64,000 bases of DNA from an uncultured Pantoea sp. (GTDB lineage: Bacteria; Pseudomonadota; Gammaproteobacteria; Enterobacterales; Enterobacteriaceae): the NCBI GenBank assembly GCA_913775175.1, contig CAJYKU010000018.1, positions 78,573 through 142,572 on the forward strand, in the 5' to 3' direction. The notes beneath the pieces are model-generated. The model was not told the origin of the DNA, did not search any database, and was given only the letters and a program-made list of their open reading frames with translations. The position numbers and the translations under genes are program-made. Below are positions 19,201 through 28,047 of this stretch, one piece after another; within the stretch, counting starts at the first letter, position 1, and every line of letters starts with the position of its first letter.

Positions 19201-21120
19201 GATCAGAACGGCGGCGGTGATGTGACATTAAGCTATCAGTGGTACCGTGATGGTGGCGCGATTGAAGCTGCCACGTCAGAGAGTTATCGCCTCACAGAGC
19301 AGGACACGGGGGCTACCCTTTTTGTGGCAGTGACCGCGACCAACTCAGCGAAAAATGAGAGCCGCAGAGAGTCGTCGAAAACAGATCCGGTCATTGGGAA
19401 AGCGTCGAGTGTAACGGTCACCGCCAGCGCGGACAACGTAGAGGCCAACGGGTTAAACACCATTACTTACACTGTTACGGCGAGGGATACCTATGGTCGT
19501 GCAGTCGTGGGCGAGGCGATTGTCTGGGAGATCGACAAGCCTGAGCTGGTGACCCAGGGTGAAACCAGCGCCAGCACGGGTACCGCGGGAGAGGGGACGA
19601 TGATCGTCACCACAAAAAACATCGGCAGTACTCTTACGGTGAGTGCCACGGTTAATGGTAAGAAAGGTAAGTCCGATGTTGAACTCTATGGCGCACCAGC
19701 GGTGAGCGCTCTGCGGATTTCAGGTACGCCGGAGGCGGGTAAAACCCTGCGGGCGGAGTACACTTTTATGGCAAACGGAAGCGGCACGGACATCTCCACC
19801 TTCCAGTGGCAGTGGCAGGATGGTGCGACATGGAAAAATGCGTCAGCCACGGGCAGTACGGCTCGTGAGTTCACGCTGCCGGCCAGCTATGCGGGCCACA
19901 GCGTACGGGTAGTGGTGACGCCGAAAGGCAGCAGCCAGCCGGCGCTGAGCGGCGCGATGCAGGAGAGTGCGGCGGTGGCGGTATATGGCGCACCGGAAGT
20001 GAAAGATCTGCACATTGCCGGCACGCCTGAGGCGGGTAAAACCCTGCGGGCGGAGTACACTTTTATGGCAAACGGCAGCGGCACCGATGCTTCCGCCTTC
20101 CAGTGGCAGTGGCTGAGTGGCGCAACGTGGAAGAATGCGGCAGCCGCGGGCAGCACGGCCCGTGAATTTATGCTGCCGGCCAGCTATGCGGGCTACAGCG
20201 TGCGGGTGGTGGTGACGCCGAAGGGCAGCAGTCAGCCTCAGCTTCAGGGCGAGGTACAGCAGAGCGCGGCGGTGGCGGCCTATGGCGCACCGGAAGTGAA
20301 AGATCTGCGGATTTCCGGCACGCCGCAGGCGGGTAAAACCCTGCGGGCGGAGTATACCTTTGCGGCAAACGGAAGCGGCACCGATGCCTCTACCTTCCAG
20401 TGGCAGTGGCTGAGTGGCACCACGTGGAAGAACGCGGCAGCCACGGGCAGCACGGCCCGTGAGTTCACGCTGCCGGCCAGCTATGCGGGCTACAGCGTGC
20501 GGGTGGTGGTGACGCCGAGGGGCAGCCGCCAGCCGTCGCTGAGCGGGACGGTGAAGCCTGGTAACCCTGTTACCATTCTGAAAGAGTTGAGCGGCAGCAA
20601 TGTCACAGTGAATTTTGGTGCGAGCGCTACCACGCTTAAAATCTACGGTGGCAGCGGAGAAGGTCGAACATTTAGCAGCAACAATACAGACGTAGTAACT
20701 GTCGACCAGGCTACAGGGCAGTTGACTTTTAAGCAGCCAGGCACCGCAAAAATCAATGTGACGGAAAAGTCTGGTGTAAAACCATTGGTACTTAATGTTA
20801 CCGTCCGTAACGTGCGGGTGGCGAACTTACGTTCTCATGGCGAACGTATCGGGGGAGGCTTTGGCGCCTGGGAGTACTGGGTAACAGCTACAGCGAAAAA
20901 CGATTTGAACGAAACCGTTGAAGGAGTGAAGATTTGTATTAAAGCTAACAATGCCTCGTATGAAAAGTGGAGTACCGCTAATGGTGAAGGGGGGATCTAT
21001 ATAAGCTGGCTTCGCGGCAACTTCGAAGCTAAAGCATGGATTTGCGATATCATCGGTGACTACATAAATAATCCGCTGAAAATCTACGTTGACAAAAAAG
21101 ACGTTAGCGCAAGCCAATAG
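16279..21120 (+). CDS. Inverse autotransporter (invasin/intimin-like) adhesin with a long Ig-like stalk
   Basis: Signal peptide (..ARA-QN), beta-barrel motifs (NVGLGWRH, GGNLFFDQD, R.GAGAELW, SANYYLP, ERAARGWD, R..FVNRNNNIVLAY), then Big-type domains. Start codon uncertain (16255 or 16279). Confidence 0.92.
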   Translation: MSSVSCFSLRQKLSAWVVLLHYLFSIFLLTVPPVARAQNTPQEQVKIESNSSLRDKLAGIWGSAQQNGAGNALRGAAGSEVNAALTQEVEAWLNRSGGKARVTADVGIGGSDNRDFGLDYLWPVKNWQDDTLFTQIGAHRWNERDILNVGLGWRHTFNPHLLGGGNLFFDQDLTRHHKRMGAGAELWSERVRASANYYLPLSSWRHSSDNMFNDDPDRYQLYERAARGWDLNVETALSQHVALKMDWFQWYGDKVDVNGSRSQASRNPHGLNLGLKWQPIPLVGVNAEQSMISGQRNNFAVGLNFRWEFGRSLSEMLASENATALPSLMQSRTEFVNRNNNIVLAYKQEEKDRRLYFSPAELATPAGVPLLHAVKGGQGGIINYVSSNATIASVETGSGLVNPTHRGDVTIIATERSPLDPEHVLSSASYHLTITPGDFAPSVDSVAIRGEMSPGKILTGSYLYKNNEGEDEDPSQTQLRWYDADTGEVLKEGHAAEKDSASYQVQTHDMTRSVVFEVRPVNKKGLSGESGTAKISGSATITTLRIDHLLSPGEIRHDGSVKFFGESHGELLLLAQVSDSQGVPLADQKVYWQSRNSLGTLSQNSVRTDQHGEALVKFKNIMASGTDEIIASLIPPAEIQSKVSSKIAQQKMIPLVVDFSYPLTIRFVESPKRAEVATAKTFTIEIIDQDDKPVTGEKNVSWSSNGETLNSKTDSKGRASIVLNAPQKTAEKWVVSANVGGVSSPSATVNLVAGPVAKVVLDVPENAVAGSADKIVSAQLYDKFDNAVTSRKQAITWRIEGSQFREAPAGDSDEQGKVSATVIVPEKAPSQVKVYAGDEQKTINVNAGKVVYIELNGSPDTLNANGTSTSLLTAIALDEHNNSVPEVPVKWTLITQKFGALSELSEKTDASGKATAMFTTASAGGNAQIEVDIDGQKQTTQLTLNGYPIINSITLNKTAGLKTGDTVRVDKAEVDQNGGGDVTLSYQWYRDGGAIEAATSESYRLTEQDTGATLFVAVTATNSAKNESRRESSKTDPVIGKASSVTVTASADNVEANGLNTITYTVTARDTYGRAVVGEAIVWEIDKPELVTQGETSASTGTAGEGTMIVTTKNIGSTLTVSATVNGKKGKSDVELYGAPAVSALRISGTPEAGKTLRAEYTFMANGSGTDISTFQWQWQDGATWKNASATGSTAREFTLPASYAGHSVRVVVTPKGSSQPALSGAMQESAAVAVYGAPEVKDLHIAGTPEAGKTLRAEYTFMANGSGTDASAFQWQWLSGATWKNAAAAGSTAREFMLPASYAGYSVRVVVTPKGSSQPQLQGEVQQSAAVAAYGAPEVKDLRISGTPQAGKTLRAEYTFAANGSGTDASTFQWQWLSGTTWKNAAATGSTAREFTLPASYAGYSVRVVVTPRGSRQPSLSGTVKPGNPVTILKELSGSNVTVNFGASATTLKIYGGSGEGRTFSSNNTDVVTVDQATGQLTFKQPGTAKINVTEKSGVKPLVLNVTVRNVRVANLRSHGERIGGGFGAWEYWVTATAKNDLNETVEGVKICIKANNASYEKWSTANGEGGIYISWLRGNFEAKAWICDIIGDYINNPLKIYVDKKDVSASQ
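19687..20577 (+). repeat. Three tandem 297-bp (99-aa) intragenic repeats in the adhesin
   Basis: Units start with TATGGCGCACC at 19687, 19984 and 20281. Each encodes YGAP.V..L.I.GTP.AGKTLRAEYTF.ANGSGTD.S.FQWQW..G.TWKNA...GSTAREF.LPASYAG.SVRVVVTP.GS.QP. Confidence 0.97.
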
Positions 21121-21156
21121 CAGGTTAAAGGGCGCAAGGCTGGCTTTGATACGTTG

Positions 21157-21182
21157 CCCACCTGCCGGTGGGTCTGTTTTTT
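21157..21182 (+). terminator. Intrinsic terminator after the adhesin
   Basis: CCCACC-TGCC-GGTGGG hairpin followed by TCTGTTTTTT. Confidence 0.6.
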
Positions 21183-21512
21183 ATCATCTGACATGAACAT
21201 CGAGGCATTGAAATTGGTAACTGTGGCAGTGTTACTGCTTGCCGGAGCAGTGGGTACCCTATTGCTTCATGCCACAACTTAGCGGTTAGCTGCAATATTG
21301 GCACCACCAGCTGTTCTGCTCATCGCGGTGCTGGGGCAAAAAAGGTCCTACCGGGCAACCCTATAGTTGCGTGATTAATGGCTGCTTTTAAGGCGTCTAT
21401 ATTACACGCGCTCGAACCAGGTGCACAGTGCAGCGACAGCCAGTGCTGAAGCTGCTGATTAAAACTGCTCGCAGCGGGCAAGCCAGCAGCAGCTGCCCGC
21501 TAACCGGATGGT

Positions 21513-22145
21513 TTATTTGCGTCGTGCGTCAGGGCGCACCAGATCAAAGCGCTGTGCCTCGCTAATGCCGTAATACGCTGAGGGGCCGCCAGCGCGCAGA
21601 ACTGGCTCTGCGCGCGCGGTTTGATAGATGCCCTCATCCAGCAATGATTTATCGATATGAATAGCCACCACTTCGCCTAATACCAGCCAGCTTTCCAGCT
21701 CAGCACCGTAGGCATCCTGCAGACGGATCAACTGAGTCAGGCGGCACTCAAAATTAACCGGACTGTCAGCCACCATGCTGCACTCAATCTGTGAGGCGGC
21801 AATCGGCGTCAGACCTGCCAGAGCAAATTCATCCTGGTCAGCGGGGATTGATGCGGAAGTCTCATTCATCGCTTCTGCCAGCGGGCGCGTTGCCAGATTC
21901 CAGACAAAAACACCGCTTTCACTGATATTCTGCACGCTATCCTTCCAGCCGCTACTGGCAAAGCCAATAACAGGCGGCTGATAATTAAAGCAGTTAAAAA
22001 AACTGTAGGGCGCGAGATTACGCTGACCACTGCGGCTCTGCGAACTGATCCAGCCTATTGGCCGCGGGCCAATAATTGCATTGAGCGGATCGTGGGGCAG
22101 GCCGTGTCCGGCACGGGGCTGATAGCTGTAGCGCTGACGCGTCAT
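21513..22145 (-). CDS. Flavin reductase-like family protein (FMN split barrel)
   Basis: PRPIGWISS, NLAPYSFFN, KDSVQNI, SPVNFEC, LVLGEVV. Confidence 0.9.
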   Translation of the reverse strand: MTRQRYSYQPRAGHGLPHDPLNAIIGPRPIGWISSQSRSGQRNLAPYSFFNCFNYQPPVIGFASSGWKDSVQNISESGVFVWNLATRPLAEAMNETSASIPADQDEFALAGLTPIAASQIECSMVADSPVNFECRLTQLIRLQDAYGAELESWLVLGEVVAIHIDKSLLDEGIYQTARAEPVLRAGGPSAYYGISEAQRFDLVRPDARRK

Positions 22146-22305
22146 AAATTCTCCGGTTTGGGGGTAATAATGCAACCCTGCGGCAGACAGGTTGCAATAA
22201 TCATCATCTGGTGAGAGTTAAGTGTAATCGTAAAATTCAGGTAAGCGGATTGTGCGCTGGCAGCAGCCGGAGTATCTTACGCGCGCCCTTTTTTCCGGAG
22301 AGTCT

Positions 22306-23232
22306 ATGAATAAGCCCGCCGCTCGTGCGCCCTTCCATCCGCGTAATCGCCATCAGGGTCGTTACGATTTTCCTGCGCTAATCGCTGCCCATCCACCGCT
22401 GGCGCCTAAAGTTCGTCCCAATGGTTATGGTGAGCAATCTATCGATTTTGCCGATCCGCAGGCCGTATTACTGCTGAATCAGGCACTGCTCAAGCTTTTT
22501 TACAACCTTAACTGGCAGTTGCCTGATGGTTATCTGACACCGCCAGTGCCTGGCCGGGCTGATTATATTCATGCGCTGGCCGATCTGCTGGCGGGTGATA
22601 ATCATGGTCATCTCCCGCGCGATCTGGATGTTATGGATATTGGTTGCGGTGCTAACTGTATCTACCCACTGCTTGGACACGCGGAGTATGGCTGGCGATT
22701 TACCGGCACAGATACCAGTGCTGAAGCGATTAATGCTGCCAGTCAGATTGTGGCAGGTAATCCCGGCCTGCAGCGTGCGATCCGCCTGCGCCGGCAGAAG
22801 CAGCCACAGGCGATTTTTAACGGTGTGATCCATAAAAATGAGCGTTATCACGCGGTGATCTGTAATCCGCCGTTTCATGCATCTGCTGCTGAAGCCGCGG
22901 CAGGCAGTCAGCGTAAAGCCCGCAATCTGGGGCTCAGACGCGATACGCCTCTCAATTTTGGCGGCCAGCAGAATGAGTTATGGTGCACGGGTGGCGAGCT
23001 GGCGTTTATCAGCGCAATGATTGATGAAAGCGTGCTGTGGAGCACCAGCGTGGTCTGGTTTACTTCGCTGGTGTCACGTAAAGAGAATCTGCCTGTTTTG
23101 CGCGATCGGCTGACTGCAGCGGCAGCGCATGAGGTACGTATTGTCGATATGGCGCAGGGACAGAAGCAGAGCCGCTTCCTGGCCTGGAGTTTTCTCTCTC
23201 CCGCCGCGCGGGCACAGCGTTTCAGGCGTTAA
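22306..23232 (+). CDS. rlmF: 23S rRNA m6A1618 methyltransferase
   Basis: [51 protein letters not shown]. Confidence 0.95.
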   Translation: MNKPAARAPFHPRNRHQGRYDFPALIAAHPPLAPKVRPNGYGEQSIDFADPQAVLLLNQALLKLFYNLNWQLPDGYLTPPVPGRADYIHALADLLAGDNHGHLPRDLDVMDIGCGANCIYPLLGHAEYGWRFTGTDTSAEAINAASQIVAGNPGLQRAIRLRRQKQPQAIFNGVIHKNERYHAVICNPPFHASAAEAAAGSQRKARNLGLRRDTPLNFGGQQNELWCTGGELAFISAMIDESVLWSTSVVWFTSLVSRKENLPVLRDRLTAAAAHEVRIVDMAQGQKQSRFLAWSFLSPAARAQRFRR

Positions 23233-23330
23233 GATTCAGGCCGCATAACACAGGTCTGCAATGGCGCTCTGCACACACTAGTTTGTCCGGTAGCATATTT
23301 TCGCAGCGGGATGCAGCCGGAGCAGGGCGT

Positions 23331-23362
23331 AAAAAAGGCTGCCCGGTGTTACCGGGCAGCCT
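23331..23362 (-). terminator. Intrinsic terminator of glnHPQ
   Basis: AGGCTGCCCGGT/ACCGGGCAGCCT stem with an A-run on + (U-tract on -). Confidence 0.8.
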
Positions 23363-23382
23363 GTGGCTCTAAACCTGTATGC

Positions 23383-24105
23383 TCAGGAGACGTGCTGCAG
23401 AAACTCGCGCAGGCGCTCGCTGGGCGGGTTGGTGATCAGCGTATCCGGATCGCCATCTTCAGCGATAGTACCTTTATCAATAAAGATCAGTCGGGAAGCA
23501 ACCTTCTGTGCAAAGCCCACTTCATGTGTGACGATGACCATGGTCATTCCCTCTTCAGCCAGATCCTGCATAACTTTGAGTACTTCATGACGCAGTTCCG
23601 GATCCAGTGCAGAAGTTGGCTCATCAAATAGCATCATTTTCGGTTTCACGGCCAGAGCACGGGCAATCGCTACACGTTGCTGCTGACCGCCTGAAAGCTC
23701 TGCGGGGAAATGGTGCGCACGCTCAGCCAGACCAACTTTACCCAGCAGTTCACGCGCCAGTTTTTGCGCGTCCGCTTTATTGGTTCCGCGCACGCGGATA
23801 GGACCGAAAGCGACGTTATCCAGCGCGCTCATCTGAGGAAACAGATGAAACTGCTGAAACACCATACCCGCTTCCTGCCGAATCAGTCGCTCATCAACTT
23901 TGGGATCGTTGACTTTCATTCCATCAACAATCAGCTCACCGCTGGTAATCTCTTCCAGCTTATTGATACAGCGCAGCAGAGTTGATTTTCCCGAGCCGGA
24001 AGGACCGATAATCACTACGACTTCGCCCTGGTTAATCTTCAGATTAATGTCGTGCAGCACCTGTGTCTGACCGAAGTTTTTAGAGACGTTTTTAAATTCA
24101 ATCAC
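23383..24105 (-). CDS. glnQ: Glutamine ABC transporter ATP-binding protein
   Basis: [43 protein letters not shown]; synteny. Confidence 0.95.
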   Translation of the reverse strand: MIEFKNVSKNFGQTQVLHDINLKINQGEVVVIIGPSGSGKSTLLRCINKLEEITSGELIVDGMKVNDPKVDERLIRQEAGMVFQQFHLFPQMSALDNVAFGPIRVRGTNKADAQKLARELLGKVGLAERAHHFPAELSGGQQQRVAIARALAVKPKMMLFDEPTSALDPELRHEVLKVMQDLAEEGMTMVIVTHEVGFAQKVASRLIFIDKGTIAEDGDPDTLITNPPSERLREFLQHVS

Positions 24106-24761
24106 AGGATTTTCACCCTTTTCTCAATACGGCGCAGCACAAAGCTCAACACCAGCGTAATAATCAGATAAATAATGGCAACGGCACTCCAGATTTCCAG
24201 TGCACGGAAGTTGCCCGCGATGATCTCCTGACCCTGACGAGTCAGTTCCGCAACACCGATAACGATAAACAGTGACGTATCCTTGATACTGACAATCCAC
24301 TGATTACCCAGTGGTGGCAGCATACGGCGCAGAGCCAGCGGCATAATCACATAGCGCAGGGTTTCACGACGCGATAAACCCAGCGCCAGTCCCGCTTCGC
24401 GGAAGCCTTTATTGATTGACAGCACAGCACCGCGCGTGATCTCTGCGATATAAGCCCCGGAGTTGATCATAATGGTAACAACCGCAGCGGTGAAAGGATC
24501 GATGCGCAGGTCAGGGAACGCCATTGGTAGCGCAAAATAGATAAACATCACTTGTACCACAATTGGCGTACCGCGGATCAACTCAATAAATACCAGGGCG
24601 ATATTATTAGTGATCCAGCCGCCGTAGGCACGGGCAAAACCCGCCACCAGACCGATGATTAAGCCACCAATCAGGCCCAGTACGGAAATCAGCAGGGTCA
24701 TTTTGGCGCCTTCGATTAAAATCGGCAGGGCTGGCCAGATGACGCTCCAGTCAAACTCCAT
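24102..24761 (-). CDS. glnP: Glutamine ABC transporter permease
   Basis: [33 protein letters not shown]. Confidence 0.95.
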   Translation of the reverse strand: MEFDWSVIWPALPILIEGAKMTLLISVLGLIGGLIIGLVAGFARAYGGWITNNIALVFIELIRGTPIVVQVMFIYFALPMAFPDLRIDPFTAAVVTIMINSGAYIAEITRGAVLSINKGFREAGLALGLSRRETLRYVIMPLALRRMLPPLGNQWIVSIKDTSLFIVIGVAELTRQGQEIIAGNFRALEIWSAVAIIYLIITLVLSFVLRRIEKRVKIL

Positions 24762-24846
24762 GGTGTTACTCCGGAATAAATTGCAATGGAAAAGTAAAAG
24801 CAGGAGGCAAAGGACCCCCTGCTACATAAGCCCGCTTACGCTGGCA

Positions 24847-25593
24847 TCACTTTGGCTCAGTACCGAACCATTTTTTATAAATTGTGTTGTATGTACCGTT
24901 GTCGCGCAGTGTTTTCAGTGCACCGTTGATTTTGTCGCGCAGTTCGTCGCTGCCTTTAGGCAGGGCAATACCATACTGCTGAGCTTCAATAGACTCGCCC
25001 ACCGCTTTAAAACGGCCTTTGCCGGCAGTGTTGATAAAGTAGAGAATATTTGGCGTATCATGCAGCACGGCGTCAGCACGGTTGGTACCTAACTCCATGT
25101 AGGCATTATCGATGTTTGGGAACTGACGCAAATCTTTGCTTTTGATATGTGCTTTAGCGTAATCCACGGAGCCAGTGCCGCTCTTAACCGCAACAGTTTT
25201 ACCATTGAGATCGTCAATGCTCTTAATGTTGTTCTCGTTGTTGCGTACCATTACCAGCAGACCGCTCTTGTAATAACCATCAGAGAAGTCGATCGCTTTT
25301 TTACGTTCATCGGTAATCGTGATGCCTGCCAGCGCCAGATCAACATTTTTAGTCTGCAGAGCCGGAATAATGCCACTGAAATCCATTGGCTTCAGGGTGT
25401 AGTCCAGCTTGAGCTCTTTGGCGATAGCTGCCCACAGATCGATATCAAACCCCACATACTTGTCGCCCTGTTTAAACTCAAAGGGAACAAAGGCGGTATC
25501 AGTCGCTACGATTAATTTTTTATCTGCTGCAGTAGAAGAAAGTGAGAGGGCCAGCGCAAGCGCAGCCACAGAGACTTTAAATAACTTCATCAT
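24847..25593 (-). CDS. glnH: Glutamine ABC transporter periplasmic binding protein
   Basis: [30 protein letters not shown]...KKWFGTEPK. Confidence 0.96.
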   Translation of the reverse strand: MMKLFKVSVAALALALSLSSTAADKKLIVATDTAFVPFEFKQGDKYVGFDIDLWAAIAKELKLDYTLKPMDFSGIIPALQTKNVDLALAGITITDERKKAIDFSDGYYKSGLLVMVRNNENNIKSIDDLNGKTVAVKSGTGSVDYAKAHIKSKDLRQFPNIDNAYMELGTNRADAVLHDTPNILYFINTAGKGRFKAVGESIEAQQYGIALPKGSDELRDKINGALKTLRDNGTYNTIYKKWFGTEPK

Positions 25594-25642
25594 TTTTTCC
25601 TTTGTTACCTCGCAGACCTGATGATCTGCTCTGCGTCACTCA

Positions 25643-25661
25643 TATGAAAAAATTATGCCAA
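25643..25661 (-). promoter_or_regulatory. Sigma54 promoter of glnH (glnHp2-like)
   Basis: Minus strand TTGGCATAATTTTTTCATA: -24 TGGCA with the atypical -12 TTTCA known from E. coli glnHp2. Confidence 0.8.
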
Positions 25662-25732
25662 CTTTAATGACAGTACGAAATTACCGTCTGTAGCAAAGCT
25701 GGCTGACACGATTCTGCAAAAAAATCAGCTGT

Positions 25733-25762
25733 TGCACTCCGGTGGGGCACCAGATTGGTGCA
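25733..25762. promoter_or_regulatory. Overlapping NtrC enhancer sites for glnH
   Basis: TGCACTCCGGTGGGGCA and GGCACCAGATTGGTGCA against consensus TGCACCA-N3-TGGTGCA, ~70-100 bp upstream of the sigma54 promoter. Confidence 0.8.
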
Positions 25763-25977
25763 ATGGCTTTTTTTAGTGCAGTGACAGTGTGCATCAGCAG
25801 GATTACAAGAAAAGGGAATGATTAAAAAAGTGTTAACAAGGTCATAAAACGGCGGGTGAATATAGCAACAAAAATGTTAACTACATCGTAAAACTGGCAG
25901 CAGAAAAAGCAGGAATAGTGGCAGGAGAAGCATCAGGCAGGCAGAAATAAGAGGCGGGGTAACCCGCCTGCAAAAAT

Positions 25978-26481
25978 TTATTCGATATTAGCTTCAATAA
26001 ACCACAGGAATTTATCCAGGTCGCGTGAAGCAGCAGTGAAGATATCAGCAGTATCTTCGTCTTTAACTTCAGTAATCGCTTTACGGGTATCGTTAGCAAC
26101 AACAGCATAACGATCTGCCAGCGCTTTCAGATGATCCTGTACGCTGTGAATGTTTAGCGGATAGCTCTGCAGTGGCGTTTTATCGTTAACAACCTGAGTT
26201 GTGCCCAGTGCAACACCGCCCAGCTGAATCACACGTTCAGCGATAGTATCCTGATGCTCAGTGATTGCAGCGCGGAAGCCATCCAGCATCTCATGCACAC
26301 CAATAAAGTTGGCACCACGCATATTCCAGTGCGCCTGTTTGGTGATCAGAGAGAGGTCAATGAATTCCACAACCAGACGGTTGAGCACCTCAATGGTGGC
26401 TTTCTTTTCGCTATCAGCCACATCATTGCGGGTGTAAATCAGATCGGAAGCGTTATTCTTAACCAGTTTTGCGGTACTCAT
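25978..26481 (-). CDS. dps: DNA starvation/stationary-phase protection protein Dps
   Basis: [49 protein letters not shown]. Confidence 0.98.
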   Translation of the reverse strand: MSTAKLVKNNASDLIYTRNDVADSEKKATIEVLNRLVVEFIDLSLITKQAHWNMRGANFIGVHEMLDGFRAAITEHQDTIAERVIQLGGVALGTTQVVNDKTPLQSYPLNIHSVQDHLKALADRYAVVANDTRKAITEVKDEDTADIFTAASRDLDKFLWFIEANIE

Positions 26482-26527
26482 CATTAATATCCTCTAATTG
26501 ATGTTGTCCTAATCAAGCACGGAAATA

Positions 26528-26536
26528 AGTATAGCA
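26528..26536 (-). promoter_or_regulatory. Extended -10 element of the dps promoter
   Basis: Minus strand TGCTATACT, as in the E. coli sigmaS/sigma70 dps promoter. Confidence 0.65.
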
Positions 26537-26729
26537 GCTACTGAAGAATATGCAGAAATGGTCTGGCCGATGGCAGGAATAGCTAAAATGATGGCTATGA
26601 ATGGCAAAAAGAAAACATCTTAATTGTTTAATTATCAGTCGCTTGTTATAAACAGGTAGTAACAGATAACTTTATTACAATTTAATAACATTACGTTTTT
26701 CGTCCGGTTGAAATGCTAATGATAATAAC

Positions 26730-26767
26730 TGCTATTGCACTCTGTTAAATAACAGAGTGCAATAGCA
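26730..26767. terminator. Perfect 17-bp inverted repeat downstream of rhtA
   Basis: TGCTATTGCACTCTGTT-AAAT-AACAGAGTGCAATAGCA immediately after the rhtA stop. Confidence 0.65.
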
Positions 26768-26774
26768 TTGTTAA

Positions 26775-27677
26775 TTAATGTTTATCCAGGCTGACTTCAT
26801 CCAGCTTTGCTTTTTGACGCATGGTAAGGGTCGTACCAGCAGATGCTGCAATAATTGCCAGTAACGCAAACCACTGCATCAGCGTCAGCCGCTCGCCAAG
26901 GAAAAGCATTCCGGAAAGCGCTGCTACAGCCGGTTCCAGACTCATCAGCGTGCCAAAAATACGTGCCGGTAGTCGGGTCATCGCCATCATTTCGAGCGAG
27001 TAGGGGATAGCGCTGGAGAGCAGGGCGATCAACAGTGCCAGTGGCACAATTTCCCAGTGCCAGATACCGGGTGAGGCATAAAGCAGCCCGAGTGGTACAA
27101 ATATCACCGAGGCGATAAGCGATCCCATTGCCACCGTGGCTGGCCCATGTTCTGCACCTGCTCGCTGTCCGGACAGAATGTAGATTGCCCAGCACACTCC
27201 GGCACCAATTGCCAGCAGCGCACCCACAGGATCAAGATGACCGATACCTTCACCAGTGGGCAGCAATACCCATAATCCGGTAACCGCCAGCGCAATCCAC
27301 AAAAAATCAAGCGGGCGACGGGCACCCGCCAGCGCCAGTGTCAGCGGGCCCAGAAACTCCAGAGCTACCCCAACACCCAGCGGAATAGTCCGCAGTGCCA
27401 GATAAAACAGATAGTTCATACAACCCAGCGCCAGGCCATAGATCAGTAGCGGCTTACGTTGCGCCGGGCTAAAGCGCAAACGCCAGGGTTTAAAAAAGAG
27501 ACATAAAATCAGCGTACCGAGACCCAGACGCAACGCAGTAATACCGGGTGCTCCCGCTGTATCAAACAGCGATTTTGCCAGTGAAGCGCCGCCCTGCAGC
27601 GATGACATTGCGACAAGTAAGAGAACGACCGGCAGCCATACCGGAGATGATTTCGTACGAGAAAGAGGTGCGGACAT
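26775..27677 (-). CDS. rhtA: Threonine/homoserine exporter (EamA/DMT family)
   Basis: SLQGGASLAKSLF, GVALEFLGPL, IPYSLEM, TLMSLEPA; between dps and ompX. Confidence 0.93.
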   Translation of the reverse strand: MSAPLSRTKSSPVWLPVVLLLVAMSSLQGGASLAKSLFDTAGAPGITALRLGLGTLILCLFFKPWRLRFSPAQRKPLLIYGLALGCMNYLFYLALRTIPLGVGVALEFLGPLTLALAGARRPLDFLWIALAVTGLWVLLPTGEGIGHLDPVGALLAIGAGVCWAIYILSGQRAGAEHGPATVAMGSLIASVIFVPLGLLYASPGIWHWEIVPLALLIALLSSAIPYSLEMMAMTRLPARIFGTLMSLEPAVAALSGMLFLGERLTLMQWFALLAIIAASAGTTLTMRQKAKLDEVSLDKH

Positions 27678-28047
27678 CCGGTTGTCGATTCCAGCTTAGA
27701 GAGGTGAGCAGAGTTGAACAGCTTAAATCAATCGCAGTAGAAAATGGAGAAAAAGCCGACACAAACAGGATGCTGATTGCTGAAAAAAGCAGCGATTCAG
27801 GGCCATTTTTTGTAAAGAATTGTCAGGTTGCATTAAGAATTTACTTAAAGGCATTTTTTGTCCGTAAGCAAATCTAACGTAATACACTGCTATTTTATAA
27901 GTAAATTGAATGACATAGGAAAATTCATTAACTTTCTGTTACACCAAACAATCTCTTGGACAACAAAATCCGGGCAGAGTTTCTCGCTAAGTTTTGTTAT
28001 ATTTTTAGCGTTGTCAGGAGAGAAGTATTTTCACATTTGAGGTGGTT

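Noticed and set aside
19686-20468. Repeated antisense ORFs (MNSRAVLPVA...) inside the adhesin
   Set aside because: They are shadows of the coding repeats on the opposite strand, with no RBS or independent evidence.
19687-20577. Repeats considered as a CRISPR array or a diversity-generating retroelement template/variable pair
   Set aside because: The units are contiguous in-frame 297-bp protein repeats with no spacers. Differences are not adenine-specific and there is no cas or reverse transcriptase gene in the window.
14082-21510. TAACCGGAT near both ends of the accessory islet as a possible att site or target duplication
   Set aside because: Only 9 bp long, also present inside the amidohydrolase gene (14402), and no recombinase is nearby.
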